From Candidatus Woesebacteria bacterium RIFCSPHIGHO2_01_FULL_39_32 (GTDB lineage: Bacteria > Patescibacteriota > Microgenomatia > UBA8517): DNA of 64,000 bases. Below are positions 1 through 10,320 of the stretch, piece by piece. Under the pieces are notes generated by a model. The model worked only from the letters and a program-made list of their open reading frames with translations. It was not told the DNA's origin and searched no databases. The position numbers were made by a program, and so were the translations under genes. The first letter of the stretch is position 1, and every line of letters starts with the position of its first letter. Location: NCBI GenBank assembly GCA_001792345.1, contig MGGJ01000001.1, positions 48,486 to 112,485 of the forward strand, given 5' to 3'.

Positions 1-135
1 TCCACCCGGATGTAAGCTTGTGAAGTATATTATTCCTCCAAGCCAACAACCTTCTGCACCATTTGGACTTATTGCTCCTCCACCGCCACGCTGCACTGGT
101 TGGTAATTGTAATTTTAAATTCTATTGAGTTGTTC

Positions 136-1146
136 TTATTTATATTTATTTTGAATTTCCGGGATGAGATATTCAGTGAAAGCACGCTCGATGTTGTAAT
201 CCGGCTTCCATCCCCAGTCTCTTTTTGCGGCGGAGTCGTCAATACTCGCTGGCCAGGAATCTACAATTTTTTGCCGTTTCGGATTGGGAACGTAGCTTAT
301 TGCAGAATCAGGATAAACTTTATTTACAAGCTCTGCTATCTCTAGTGCTGTTGCTGAGAATCCTGATACGTTGTATACATTTTGTGTGAGCTTTTCGGGA
401 GGTACTTCGACCAATTGAAGTAGAGATTTTACGGCATCAGGCATGACCATGAACGGTATGACAGTATCCGGTCGCACAAACGATTCGTATCCTTCCCCCT
501 TTGCCGCCGAGTGGATCATTTCAGGTGCATAGTCGCTTGTCCCTCCTGATGGAATGGTTAAGGCGCTAATTATTCCCGGAAATCGAACACAGCGAAAATC
601 AATAGGGGAAACGTTGTGGGTGGTGAGTTGTGAATAGTGAGAGGAATAATATTTGCCTAGCAGTTCACAATAAAGTTTATTTATTCCATACATAGTAATT
701 GGGGTATTATATTCTTCCTCTTTGAGCGCACGAGAACCCTTCTTTGTTTTTGCGTCTGGAATTCCGTAGACTGCAATCGTCGAAGGGAAGGTAAACTTAA
801 TCGTTCTCTTTTCTTCAGTTCCTACTCGATATGCAACACTCAGAAGATTGGCTGTTCCATTCACATTCACATCGTGCGCTCTCTCTGGATCGTTTTCGGC
901 TACGCTTGAGAGTAATGCGGCCAAATGGAAGATTATTTTTATTTGGTGTTCTTTGAGGAGATTTTCTATTACGGTTTTATCCAAAATGTCGGCTACAACG
1001 GTTTCATGAACATGCGGTTTTAAAGTATCGTCTAATTCTCGAATATCAAGTGCAACGAGATCGTATTTTTTTAATTTGGCTAGGGCTGGAATTAGGCCGT
1101 GACCTACTTCTCCGTTGGCTCCTGTCACAAGAATTACTTCCCCCAT
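136..1146 (-). CDS. NAD-dependent epimerase/dehydratase (extended SDR) family protein; probable L-threonine 3-dehydrogenase partner of Kbl
   Basis: N-terminal Rossmann motif VTGANGEVG; YxxxK (YGINK); co-oriented and 4 nt downstream of a kbl-like gene (classic tdh-kbl pair). Confidence 0.55.
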   Translation of the reverse strand: MGEVILVTGANGEVGHGLIPALAKLKKYDLVALDIRELDDTLKPHVHETVVADILDKTVIENLLKEHQIKIIFHLAALLSSVAENDPERAHDVNVNGTANLLSVAYRVGTEEKRTIKFTFPSTIAVYGIPDAKTKKGSRALKEEEYNTPITMYGINKLYCELLGKYYSSHYSQLTTHNVSPIDFRCVRFPGIISALTIPSGGTSDYAPEMIHSAAKGEGYESFVRPDTVIPFMVMPDAVKSLLQLVEVPPEKLTQNVYNVSGFSATALEIAELVNKVYPDSAISYVPNPKRQKIVDSWPASIDDSAAKRDWGWKPDYNIERAFTEYLIPEIQNKYK

Positions 1147-1150
1147 ATTT

Positions 1151-2356
1151 TCAGGATATCACACCTAATTTCTTTCCGACATTAGAAAACACTTCAAGAG
1201 CTTTGTCTAAATCATTTTTGCTATGTGCAGCACTCATCATTACTCTGATTCGAGCGGAACCTTCCGGGACTGTTGGGTAACCGATAGCCATAGCAAAAAT
1301 GCCATTTTCAAACAATCTTTTACTAAATTCTTGTGCCAGTTTCACTTCTCCCAGCATAACAGGAACAATCGGTGTTTTGCTTTTACCGATGTCAAAACCA
1401 AGCCCTTTAATCTTTTCTTTGAAATATTTTGTATTATCCCAAAGTTTTAAAACTTGCTTATCCGATTTTTGAAGAATTTTTACCGCGGATATACATGCAG
1501 CCACATCGGGTATGGTCATTGCACTTGAGAAAAGAAAGGGACGTGCGCGAAGTCTAAGCCAATCGATTATCACCTTTTCCCCAGCAACATATCCTCCTAC
1601 GACTCCTATGGCTTTACTCATTGTTCCGATCTCAATATCAACTTTTCCATGGAGGTTAAAATGATCCACTATTCCTCGTCCGTTTTTTCCAAGAACGCCT
1701 TCTCCGTGAGCATCATCGACCATAAGTATTGCATTATATTTTTCGGATAATTTCACTAATTCTGGAAGTGGAGAAATATCTCCATCCATACTAAAAACTC
1801 CATCGGTGACAATAAGGGTTTTCGATTTTAAGGGTATATTTAAGGGTAATTTTGACTTTATTTTATTTTCCAGGTCTTTGGTGTCCGTGTGGTTGTATCT
1901 CACCACTTCGACTTTGGATAGGCGGCAGGCGTCGATTATGCTTGCATGGTTAAGCTCATCTGAAAAAATTATGTCTCCCTCTCCGACTAGGGCTGGTATA
2001 GTCGCCAGATTTGCCATAAAACCTGATTGGAAAGTAATAACTGCCTCGGTTTTTTTAAACTTTGCTAGTTCTTCTTCGAGTTTTAAGTGAAGTTTTGTGG
2101 TTCCTGCGATAGTTCGTACCGCGGTCGGCCCAATTCCGTATTTATCAATTGCCTTTTTCGCTGCCTTTTTAAGTAGAGGATTATTCGCCAGACCTAAATA
2201 GTTATTGGAACAGAAGTTTAAAACCCATTTACCGTTTACTTTAATTTTCGCGCCCATTGGGGATTCAATTACACGCTTTTGTATCAAAAGACCCTTACTC
2301 CCCAATTCTTTGAGGTTTTCTGACAGCCAATTTAATTTGGTAGCTTGAGTTTTCAT
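1151..2356 (-). CDS. kbl: 2-amino-3-ketobutyrate CoA ligase / glycine C-acetyltransferase (alpha-oxoamine synthase family, PLP-dependent)
   Basis: 401 aa; PLP-lysine context GTMSKA; DDAHG and SMDG motifs typical of the Kbl/BioF family. Confidence 0.7.
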   Translation of the reverse strand: MKTQATKLNWLSENLKELGSKGLLIQKRVIESPMGAKIKVNGKWVLNFCSNNYLGLANNPLLKKAAKKAIDKYGIGPTAVRTIAGTTKLHLKLEEELAKFKKTEAVITFQSGFMANLATIPALVGEGDIIFSDELNHASIIDACRLSKVEVVRYNHTDTKDLENKIKSKLPLNIPLKSKTLIVTDGVFSMDGDISPLPELVKLSEKYNAILMVDDAHGEGVLGKNGRGIVDHFNLHGKVDIEIGTMSKAIGVVGGYVAGEKVIIDWLRLRARPFLFSSAMTIPDVAACISAVKILQKSDKQVLKLWDNTKYFKEKIKGLGFDIGKSKTPIVPVMLGEVKLAQEFSKRLFENGIFAMAIGYPTVPEGSARIRVMMSAAHSKNDLDKALEVFSNVGKKLGVIS

Positions 2357-2419
2357 AGGGAATTAAAATCGGATACATTCGTAGATTAGTATTATATATA
2401 AATGTTATCATGATTAAAC

Positions 2420-4879
2420 ATGGAATTCTTAACCTGGCATTATAGTTATGGAATTGACTACTATATAAAAAGTTGGCTTGGATCTATATTATGGATTCGC
2501 CACTATTTTTCTTTATCTCTTCTTCTTAAAACTCTATTCGCTCCATGGAAACGTCTAGTTGAGACCGACACCTCCCCTGGATTTAACCTTCAAAAGAAGT
2601 TCGAAGTATTTACTTTTAATCTAATTTCTCGAGGAATAGGTGCGTTTGTACGACTAACACTTTTTGGCGCGGGTATCATTCTCGCTTTAATGACTATTTT
2701 TGGTGGAGCCGCCGGTTTTATTTTTTGGTTGACTTTGCCCTTTTTTGGACTTCCTGTCTTTGAAAAATACAAAAGGCAAAAAGAAAATTTTATGCTCGAG
2801 CTGATGTTTCGTATAAAGGAAAGCCACAAGCCTTACTTGGAAGTGATTTTTGATAACGAGGCCGGGTATTTCGTTCTTACACATATAGGTCTTACCCGAG
2901 AAGTACTTTTAGAAAATGCACGACCTGAAAAAATAAGCCTGGAAAAATTTTCCCCCAAATCATACAGAGAAATTATTGAAAAATTACTGGCGGAAAACGT
3001 TTGGAGCAACGAGTTTTTCAATAAGTATGAAGTTAGACCCGAAGACTTTTTATTAGCCGCCCAGTGGTGGGACAAAAAGACAGACGAGGAAACTCAGCTC
3101 GGGGATGGAGTACTGGGGCGACCAGGAATAGCGCTTGAACTTACCTTTGGATATACTCCCACGTTAAACCAGTACTCAGTTGACCTTTCCACACCACAAT
3201 CCTATTCCCACAGACTTATTGGGAGAGGTGACATTGTGAAACGAATGGAGAGAATCTTAAGCTCAGGTAATAATGTACTTATTATGGGACAGCCGGGAGT
3301 TGGTAAGAAAACGGTTATATTGGAGTTTGCTCGAAAAGCCGCAAGTGGTCAATTGGGAACAAAAATGGCTTTTAATAGGGTACTTGAATTTGACTATAAT
3401 TCGCTATTATCGGCAGCAACGGATCTTAACCAGAAAAAGACTAACTTAGCTTTAATTTTAGATGAGGCGGCAGCTGCAGGAAATATTATTTTAATGATTC
3501 GTGATATCCAGCGTTTGACTAATCCGGAAGTTGAAGGCTACGATTTTACTGATATTTTTGAGGAACATTTAGAGAAAAGAGAGTTAAAAATTATTGCGGT
3601 ATCATCAAACACCGAATACGAGCGATTCATTGCTCCAAACCTACGTCTTAGGAAATTTTTGGAAAAGGTGGAAGTTACACCCCCGAAGAAGAGTGAGGCG
3701 ATGGAAATTCTAATTGATGCTGCTAAACGTTGGGAGTCGTTAACTAGTCTAACCATAACCGTTCCCGCTTTAAGAAACATTTTAACCGAGTCTGATAAAT
3801 ACATTACGGAAGTACCATTTCCCGAGAAGGCAATTGAACTTTTGGACGCCGTGATTTCTTACAAAGAACAGGAGGGGGGTAATATCGTTATCGTAGAAGA
3901 TACGAATGCAGTTTTATCCGAAAAAACAGGAATTTCGTTCGCAAAACTTTCCTCAGAGGAGAAAGAACGCTTAAGTCGTCTTGAAGATATCATCCATCAG
4001 CGACTTATCGATCAAGATGCTGCAATTGAACTTATAGGTAAAACTCTTCGGGCAAAGACTGTCGGTATCGTTAAAGAGGAAAGACCACTGGGTTCATTTC
4101 TTTTTCTTGGACCAACTGGTGTTGGCAAAACTGAAACAGCAAAAGTATTAGCGCGAGTTTATTACGGAAGTATTGATGCCATGCTCCGTTTTGATATGGC
4201 GGAATACTCAGGTGTTGAGGGGCTAGAACGTCTAATTGGGTCTGTTTCCAATAACATTCCGGGTGTTTTGACAACGGCAATCAAAAATCGTCCCGCAAGC
4301 CTACTTCTTCTAGATGAAATAGAAAAAGCTTCAAAGGAAATTTCCAACTTATTTTTAGCTCTTCTAGATGAAGGAGTGATTACTGACGCGTTCGGGAAAA
4401 AAATTATGTGCCGACATCTATTTGTAATAGGGACGTCAAACGCCGGAGCCGAATACACTCGACAACTTGTAAGTCGCGAAATTAAAGGCGATGAGTTGCA
4501 GAAAGAAGTTGTAAATCACGTATTGGAAAAGGAAATCTTTTCACCCGAGTTCATCAATCGTTTTGATGGTGTTGTCGTTTACGAACCACTTGGAGAGAAA
4601 GAACTTGTTAAAATCGCACACCTAATGCTTGCGGATCTTTCTCAAAATTTAAGTTTGAAAAACATAACCTTAACAGTTACCGACGAAACGGCACAAAAAT
4701 TAGCCAAAGACGGATTTGATCCCGCATTTGGTGCAAGACCTATGAGAAGAATTGTTAACATAGTTTTGGGAGACTTGATAGGACATGCAATGCTGACTGG
4801 TGAGATAAAAGAGGGTGATAAAATAAGAGTTATTCCAGGGGAAGCAAAAGAAGAATTCAAATTCGAAAAGATTACATAA
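2420..4879 (+). CDS. Hsp100/Clp-family double AAA+ ATPase with N-terminal transmembrane region
   Basis: Two Walker A motifs (GQPGVGKKT, GPTGVGKTE); Walker B ILDE / LLLLDEIEKA; C-terminal GARPMRR D2 small-domain signature; first ~130 aa are hydrophobic helices instead of a Clp N-domain. Confidence 0.6.
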   Translation: MEFLTWHYSYGIDYYIKSWLGSILWIRHYFSLSLLLKTLFAPWKRLVETDTSPGFNLQKKFEVFTFNLISRGIGAFVRLTLFGAGIILALMTIFGGAAGFIFWLTLPFFGLPVFEKYKRQKENFMLELMFRIKESHKPYLEVIFDNEAGYFVLTHIGLTREVLLENARPEKISLEKFSPKSYREIIEKLLAENVWSNEFFNKYEVRPEDFLLAAQWWDKKTDEETQLGDGVLGRPGIALELTFGYTPTLNQYSVDLSTPQSYSHRLIGRGDIVKRMERILSSGNNVLIMGQPGVGKKTVILEFARKAASGQLGTKMAFNRVLEFDYNSLLSAATDLNQKKTNLALILDEAAAAGNIILMIRDIQRLTNPEVEGYDFTDIFEEHLEKRELKIIAVSSNTEYERFIAPNLRLRKFLEKVEVTPPKKSEAMEILIDAAKRWESLTSLTITVPALRNILTESDKYITEVPFPEKAIELLDAVISYKEQEGGNIVIVEDTNAVLSEKTGISFAKLSSEEKERLSRLEDIIHQRLIDQDAAIELIGKTLRAKTVGIVKEERPLGSFLFLGPTGVGKTETAKVLARVYYGSIDAMLRFDMAEYSGVEGLERLIGSVSNNIPGVLTTAIKNRPASLLLLDEIEKASKEISNLFLALLDEGVITDAFGKKIMCRHLFVIGTSNAGAEYTRQLVSREIKGDELQKEVVNHVLEKEIFSPEFINRFDGVVVYEPLGEKELVKIAHLMLADLSQNLSLKNITLTVTDETAQKLAKDGFDPAFGARPMRRIVNIVLGDLIGHAMLTGEIKEGDKIRVIPGEAKEEFKFEKIT

Positions 4880-4882
4880 TCT

Positions 4883-4898
4883 GTGATATTAATCACAT
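4883..4898. promoter_or_regulatory. Perfect CRP-type dyad TGTGA-N6-TCACA
   Basis: tgtgaTATTAAtcaca read directly; 4 nt after the clp stop and ~110-135 nt upstream of the glycogen-synthase-like gene. Confidence 0.35.
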
Positions 4899-5006
4899 AG
4901 GATGTACCGCTGAGATTTACCCTGAGTTTGGCGAAGGGCAAAATTGCCTCTTTTAAAGGTATTGAATCCTCTGCTAATATGGTAGTAATCGGGACAAAGA
5001 TGTTAA

Positions 5007-6215
5007 ATGTACCGCTACCCCCGAGAATTAGTAATGGCTTACAAAGTCCTCATGTTGGGTTGGGAACTGTACCCTTTTAATAGTGGTGGCCTGGGTGAGG
5101 CTTGTTTGGGACTTGCTAATGCTTTATCAAAAAAAGGAATTGATCTAACCTTCGTGCTTCCCAGAAAAGTAGATATAACAGTTGATGGTTTTAGGGTAGT
5201 TTTTGCAGATGTGGATGAAGATATATTAAAAACACTTGGTGCGTATACGACCTCGCCTCTTTGGAGTCATATAATAAACCGCGACGAACTTCCACCGGAT
5301 TTTGTTAGAGCAGCCTTTAAGTATGCCGAGAAAATGAAGAAGTTAGTAAAAAAGCAAAAGGCCGACATTATACATACGCACGATTGGATGACTTATCCTT
5401 CCGGGGTAATGGCAAAGAGCTATCTCAAAAAACCGATGGTGGCACATGTTCACTCAACTGAATATGACCGGACTGGAGGTTATTACCCGAACCCTTACGT
5501 ATATAAAATAGAGAAGGAAGGACTGTTATCTTCCGATAGAGTTTTGCCAGTGGGAGGTTTCATGAAAGAAATTTTGGTAAAAAACTATGGGGTAGACGAG
5601 CAGAAGATAAGAGTGGTATATAACGGGATAAATGAGGATTTTGGAAAGCGTCTTCCTCCAGCGCTAACGAAATTCAAGGAACTTGGGTTTAAAATTGTGC
5701 TTTTCTTGGGAAGAATTACCTTACAAAAAGGTCCTGAATATTTTGTAAGAGCAGCCAAACTGGTTTCTGCCTATAATCCCAAAACTTTGTTTGTTGTCGC
5801 AGGTTCAGGGGATATGGATGGTTATATGATGTCAGAAGCAGCAAGGCTCGGTGTTATGGATAAATTTTTATTTACAGGATTTTTGAGAGGAAATGAAAGA
5901 AATCAAATTTTTCAATCAGCTGACATATTTGTTATGCCTTCGGTTTCCGAACCTTTTGGGATTGTAGCATTAGAGGCAGCTATTTCTGGTACGCCTGTCC
6001 TTGTTTCAAAACAATCTGGAGTAGCGGAAGTAATGAAAAATATTCTTAAAGCAGACTTTTGGGATATCGAAGAAATGGCAAATAAAATTCTTGCAGTACT
6101 AAAGTTTGATGCACTACCTCAGGATTTGAAGTGGGAAAGTGGTAAAGAAGTTAGAAACTTCAGCTGGTCGCGTGCTGCTGATGAGGTAATTAATGTTTAT
6201 GATCAGTTGATTTGA
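5007..6215 (+). CDS. Glycogen/starch synthase-like glycosyltransferase (short archaeal-type GT5/GT4)
   Basis: N-terminal NSGGLGEAxxGLANAL matches the GlgA KTGGLxDVxxALPxAL motif; C-terminal GT-B E-x7-E region (PSVSEPFGIVALEA). Start may be the ATG at 5034 (MAYKVLML). Confidence 0.6.
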   Translation: MYRYPRELVMAYKVLMLGWELYPFNSGGLGEACLGLANALSKKGIDLTFVLPRKVDITVDGFRVVFADVDEDILKTLGAYTTSPLWSHIINRDELPPDFVRAAFKYAEKMKKLVKKQKADIIHTHDWMTYPSGVMAKSYLKKPMVAHVHSTEYDRTGGYYPNPYVYKIEKEGLLSSDRVLPVGGFMKEILVKNYGVDEQKIRVVYNGINEDFGKRLPPALTKFKELGFKIVLFLGRITLQKGPEYFVRAAKLVSAYNPKTLFVVAGSGDMDGYMMSEAARLGVMDKFLFTGFLRGNERNQIFQSADIFVMPSVSEPFGIVALEAAISGTPVLVSKQSGVAEVMKNILKADFWDIEEMANKILAVLKFDALPQDLKWESGKEVRNFSWSRAADEVINVYDQLI

Positions 6216-6237
6216 AAAAGAAAGTCCGAAGAAAACT

Positions 6238-7473
6238 ATGCCATCCGTATGTCTTTATTTTCAGGTTCATCAACCGCTAAGGATTAAACGTTTCCGAGTT
6301 TTTGACGTTGGTTGGGACCCAGAATATTTTAACGACCGATCCGATACAAATCTTAATAACAAAAAGGTTTTAGGTAAAGTTGCCGGTAAATCATATCTGC
6401 CAACAAATAATCTCTTTTTAAATCTATTAAAGAAGTATCCCGAATTAAAGCTTTCCTTTTCTTTTTCAGGAATTTTGCTTGAGCAGCTGGAGAAAGATTT
6501 TCCCCAAGTACTTGATTCCTTTAAAAAACTTGTTGACACGGATAGAGTTGAAATACTTTCAGAAACCTATCATCACTCACTGGCCTTTTTTTATTCCAAA
6601 AGTGAATTTGAAAAACAAGTTGACCTTCATCGTGCCAAAGTTAAAGAAATATTCGGGGTTAAGCCGCGCGTTTTTAGAAATACCGAACTTGCTTACAACA
6701 ATGAGCTTGCTACCTGGGCTGACTCTAAGGGCTATCAGGCGATTCTCGCAGAAGGCTGGGATTCATTTTTGGGTTGGCGCAGTCCCAACTTTGTTTACAG
6801 ACCCAAAAATACAAACAAAATTAAAATCTTACTCAAAAATTACAAACTTTCCGACGACATAGCCTTTCGCTTTTCCGACAAAAGCTGGCGAAGTTGGCCG
6901 CTAACTGCTGATAAGTTTGCGCATTGGGTATCGGCAATAAACGGCAATGGACATGTGGTTAATCTTTTTATGGACTACGAAACTTTCGGCGAGCATCAGT
7001 GGGAAGCTCATGGAATCTTCAATTTCCTAAGTTCGTTGCCCAGAGAAATATTAAAGCATCCGGATAATGACTTTGCGACGGTATCGGAAGTCGTGCAGAA
7101 ATATCCTGCGATGGACGAAGTTGACGTTCCTTCGATTGTCACATGGGCAGACACTGAAAGAGATCTGTCCGCATGGGTGGGAAATGCAATTCAAACATCG
7201 GCAATTAGCTTTCTTTATTCGTTAGAAGATAGGATTCTTAAAGTGGGTGATGCCAAACTCATCGACAAATGGAGAAAACTTCAAACGTCTGATCATTTTT
7301 ACTACATGTGTACGAAGTGGTTTTCCGATGGTGATGTTCACAAATACTTTAACCCTTATGAGAGCCCTTATGATGCGTTTATATCATTCATGAATGCAGC
7401 AAATGATTTGAAATTAAGATTAGAAAAAAAGAGTAAAGGAAGAATAAGAAAGTTTGATTTAAGATATGCCTAA
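6238..7473 (+). CDS. Glycoside hydrolase family 57 protein (alpha-glucan-active)
   Basis: N-terminal LYFQVHQP motif characteristic of GH57; 411 aa. Confidence 0.55.
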   Translation: MPSVCLYFQVHQPLRIKRFRVFDVGWDPEYFNDRSDTNLNNKKVLGKVAGKSYLPTNNLFLNLLKKYPELKLSFSFSGILLEQLEKDFPQVLDSFKKLVDTDRVEILSETYHHSLAFFYSKSEFEKQVDLHRAKVKEIFGVKPRVFRNTELAYNNELATWADSKGYQAILAEGWDSFLGWRSPNFVYRPKNTNKIKILLKNYKLSDDIAFRFSDKSWRSWPLTADKFAHWVSAINGNGHVVNLFMDYETFGEHQWEAHGIFNFLSSLPREILKHPDNDFATVSEVVQKYPAMDEVDVPSIVTWADTERDLSAWVGNAIQTSAISFLYSLEDRILKVGDAKLIDKWRKLQTSDHFYYMCTKWFSDGDVHKYFNPYESPYDAFISFMNAANDLKLRLEKKSKGRIRKFDLRYA

Positions 7474-9448
7474 ATCTATAAGCTTAGGAAATGGAACGGT
7501 TCTTATCGGGCTTGATCGCTTTGGACAGGTCAAAGACTTTTATTTTCACTATCCGGGACTTGAGAATCACGTCAGCGAGTATTTAACTCACAAAATCGGT
7601 ATTTTTGTTGAGGAAACCTTTTCTTGGATTGACGACGGAAGTTGGATTGTTACGGTTTTATCCGAAAAGGATACGATGGCCTCGGATATTACCGCCAAAA
7701 ACGATGGAGTTGGAATCGAGCTACATTTCAAAGATATCCTCTATAACGAAAAAAACATTTTCATAAGAGAAATTTCAATAAAAAACTTATTTGATCGAAA
7801 ACGGAAATTGAAGATTTATTTCAATCAGCAATTTAATATTAGCCAAACTCACACTGGGGAAACGGCTTACTATGATCCTAGGGGGAAGAGCATTGTTCAT
7901 TATAAAGGGAGACGAGTTTTTTTAATTAATGCTCTTTTTGAGGATAAAGAATTTGATGAATATAGTGTTGGGCTTTTGGGAATAGAGGGGAAAGACGGTA
8001 CCTATAGGGATGCGGAAGACGGATTGTTATCAGGAAATCCGATTGAACATGGCCAAGTCGATTCAGTAATAGGAAAACTAATAGAAATTCCTCCAAAGGA
8101 AGAGAAAAAAATTTATTATTGGATTTGTGTAGCAAAATCAATTGAAAAAGCAAAAAAATTGGATGAAGAGATACAAGGACGACACCCTAGTCAAATAATT
8201 GAATCGACAGTTAATTATTGGAAAGCGTGGGTCAATGTGCAGAATTTTAGTTTTTATGGATTGGGGGACGAGATAATAGAGCTTTTTAAACAGTCTCTTT
8301 TTAACATACGTGCCCACGTAAGCGGAAACGGAGCAATTATTGCTTCGGGTGACTCGGAAATGCTTCAGTTCGGGCGTGATTACTATGAATATGTTTGGCC
8401 TCGCGATGGGGCTTTTTCTTCCTTGGCGCTTGAGAAGGCTGGAGATTTCAATGCCTCGCGGCGCTTTTTTGAATTTTGTAATGATGTAATTACAAAAGAA
8501 GGGTACTTTATGCATAAGTATAGACCAGACAAAAGCTTGGGCTCTTCCTGGCACCCTTGGGTAAGCGGTGGACAAAAACACTTTCCTATACAGGAGGACG
8601 AAACTGCGTTGGTTATCTATAGTTTATGGAAACACTATGAATTATCTCGGGATATCGAGTTTATTGAAGGAGTTTACAACTCTTTGGTTAAAAAAGCGGC
8701 AGAGTTTATGGTTTCTTTCAGAGACGAAAAAACCGGTTTACCTCACGCAAGTTACGATGTTTGGGAACGAGGCTATGGGATTAGTACTTATACCGCCAGC
8801 AGTGTATATGGGGCCCTTATCACTGCAGCACGTTTTGCAAAACTTTTGGGTAAATTCGAAGGCGAGAAAAAGTACAGAGAGGTAGCAGAGGATATTAAAA
8901 AGTCGATTCTTAAATACCTTTACGACAAAGACCAAGAGATTTTTTACAAATTAATCGATACAGACAAGTCACCAGCTTTAATAGATAAAACTATTGATAT
9001 GTCTAGTATTTATGGGATTTATAAATTCGAGGTTTTACCGGTTGACGATCCGAAGGTAACAAAGGCAATGGAAAAAACCATCGAAAGACTTGAGGTGAAG
9101 ACTGAGGTCGGAGGGATAGCTAGATTTGAGGGAGACTCATACCACCACAAGGGTGGAAACTATCCTGGAAATCCTTGGGTCAATACTACAATGTGGCTGG
9201 CTCAATATTATATTGCACTTGCCAAAAAAGAATCAGACTTAGGGGAAGTTCATAAATGGATTTCTTGGGTATCAACGCATGCTTCCCCTTCCAGAACTTT
9301 GCCGGAACAGTTTGACCCTTACACGGGTGAACATTTATCTGCTTCTCCTCTGGTTTGGAGTCACGCAGAATTTGTGACGACTATTGTCAATTATCTTGAA
9401 AAGTTGGAGGAGTTGGGAGTTTGTAAAGCCTGCTATCCTATTGCCTAA
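7466..9448 (+). CDS. Glycoside hydrolase family 15 (glucoamylase/glucodextranase-like)
   Basis: 660 aa; WPRDGAFSSLAL and (alpha/alpha)6-barrel-like C-terminal region typical of prokaryotic GH15. Confidence 0.6.
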   Translation: MPKSISLGNGTVLIGLDRFGQVKDFYFHYPGLENHVSEYLTHKIGIFVEETFSWIDDGSWIVTVLSEKDTMASDITAKNDGVGIELHFKDILYNEKNIFIREISIKNLFDRKRKLKIYFNQQFNISQTHTGETAYYDPRGKSIVHYKGRRVFLINALFEDKEFDEYSVGLLGIEGKDGTYRDAEDGLLSGNPIEHGQVDSVIGKLIEIPPKEEKKIYYWICVAKSIEKAKKLDEEIQGRHPSQIIESTVNYWKAWVNVQNFSFYGLGDEIIELFKQSLFNIRAHVSGNGAIIASGDSEMLQFGRDYYEYVWPRDGAFSSLALEKAGDFNASRRFFEFCNDVITKEGYFMHKYRPDKSLGSSWHPWVSGGQKHFPIQEDETALVIYSLWKHYELSRDIEFIEGVYNSLVKKAAEFMVSFRDEKTGLPHASYDVWERGYGISTYTASSVYGALITAARFAKLLGKFEGEKKYREVAEDIKKSILKYLYDKDQEIFYKLIDTDKSPALIDKTIDMSSIYGIYKFEVLPVDDPKVTKAMEKTIERLEVKTEVGGIARFEGDSYHHKGGNYPGNPWVNTTMWLAQYYIALAKKESDLGEVHKWISWVSTHASPSRTLPEQFDPYTGEHLSASPLVWSHAEFVTTIVNYLEKLEELGVCKACYPIA

Positions 9449-9450
9449 TT

Positions 9451-10293
9451 ATGTACCTACTCTTTGATATTGGCGCAACCAAGATGCGTCTTGGGTTATC
9501 CAACGATGGAAAGACAATCGGTGAAACGAAAATTGTTGCGACTCCACAAAATTTTGAAAAAGCCATTGCCAAATTTCGAGATTTATTTAATGAAATTGTA
9601 GGGCATCAAAAAATTGATAAATCAGCAGGTGGCATAAGGGGGGTTTTAAACAAAAATAAAGACAAATTAGTGAAAGATGTGCTATTGGCTGATTGGATGG
9701 ATAAACCTTTAGGCAAAAAAATCGCCGAGATAACAAGCTCTCGAGTTTATTTAGAAAACGATACAGCAATGTGTGGGTTGGGCGAGGCAGTATATGGGGC
9801 AGGTAAGGGAAAGAGAATTGTAGCTTACATAACAATTAGCTCGGGCGTTGGGGGTGTTAGGATTGTAAATAATGAAATTGACAAAAGCACTTTCGGGTTT
9901 GAACCGGGTCACCAAATAATTGACGCTGATGCAAGCTTATTTAAAGATAGTAAAAAAGAATTTCTCGAACTCGAAGATTGCATTTCAGGAAAGTCGTTAC
10001 AAAAGCGTTTTAGGATAGATCCGAGAGACATAACCGAAGCTAAAGTCTGGCGGGAAATTGAAAAATTTACCGCGGTTGGGCTTACAAACTCGATTCTTCA
10101 TTGGTCACCAGAAGTAGTCGTTATTGGTGGTGGAATTGCGCAGGATCCTCAATTTTCCATCGTGCGAATTAATAAATATATGAGAAAATTTTTAAAGGTT
10201 TTCCCTATTTTACCGGAAATTAAAAAGGGTGAATTGGAGGATTTTGCGGGACTTTATGGTGCGCTTTATCGCCTTAGACAGTTGACAACTTAA
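9451..10293 (+). CDS. ROK/BadF-type sugar kinase (putative glucokinase)
   Basis: N-terminal LFDIGATKMRLGL ATPase motif; DTAMCGLGEA; ROK-like glycine-rich segments; adjacent to the alpha-glucan genes. Confidence 0.55.
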   Translation: MYLLFDIGATKMRLGLSNDGKTIGETKIVATPQNFEKAIAKFRDLFNEIVGHQKIDKSAGGIRGVLNKNKDKLVKDVLLADWMDKPLGKKIAEITSSRVYLENDTAMCGLGEAVYGAGKGKRIVAYITISSGVGGVRIVNNEIDKSTFGFEPGHQIIDADASLFKDSKKEFLELEDCISGKSLQKRFRIDPRDITEAKVWREIEKFTAVGLTNSILHWSPEVVVIGGGIAQDPQFSIVRINKYMRKFLKVFPILPEIKKGELEDFAGLYGALYRLRQLTT

Positions 10294-10320
10294 GTAATAT
10301 AGGTCTATACTGCCGCAAGT

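Noticed and set aside
1-135. Possible truncated gene or terminator at the window start
   Set aside because: No ORF is sustained on either strand and no convincing hairpin plus U-tract is present. It is treated as a 3' flank.
100-345. 81-aa + strand ORF at the window start
   Set aside because: It lies entirely antisense to the well-supported tdh-like gene, has a hydrophobic low-complexity translation and no RBS.
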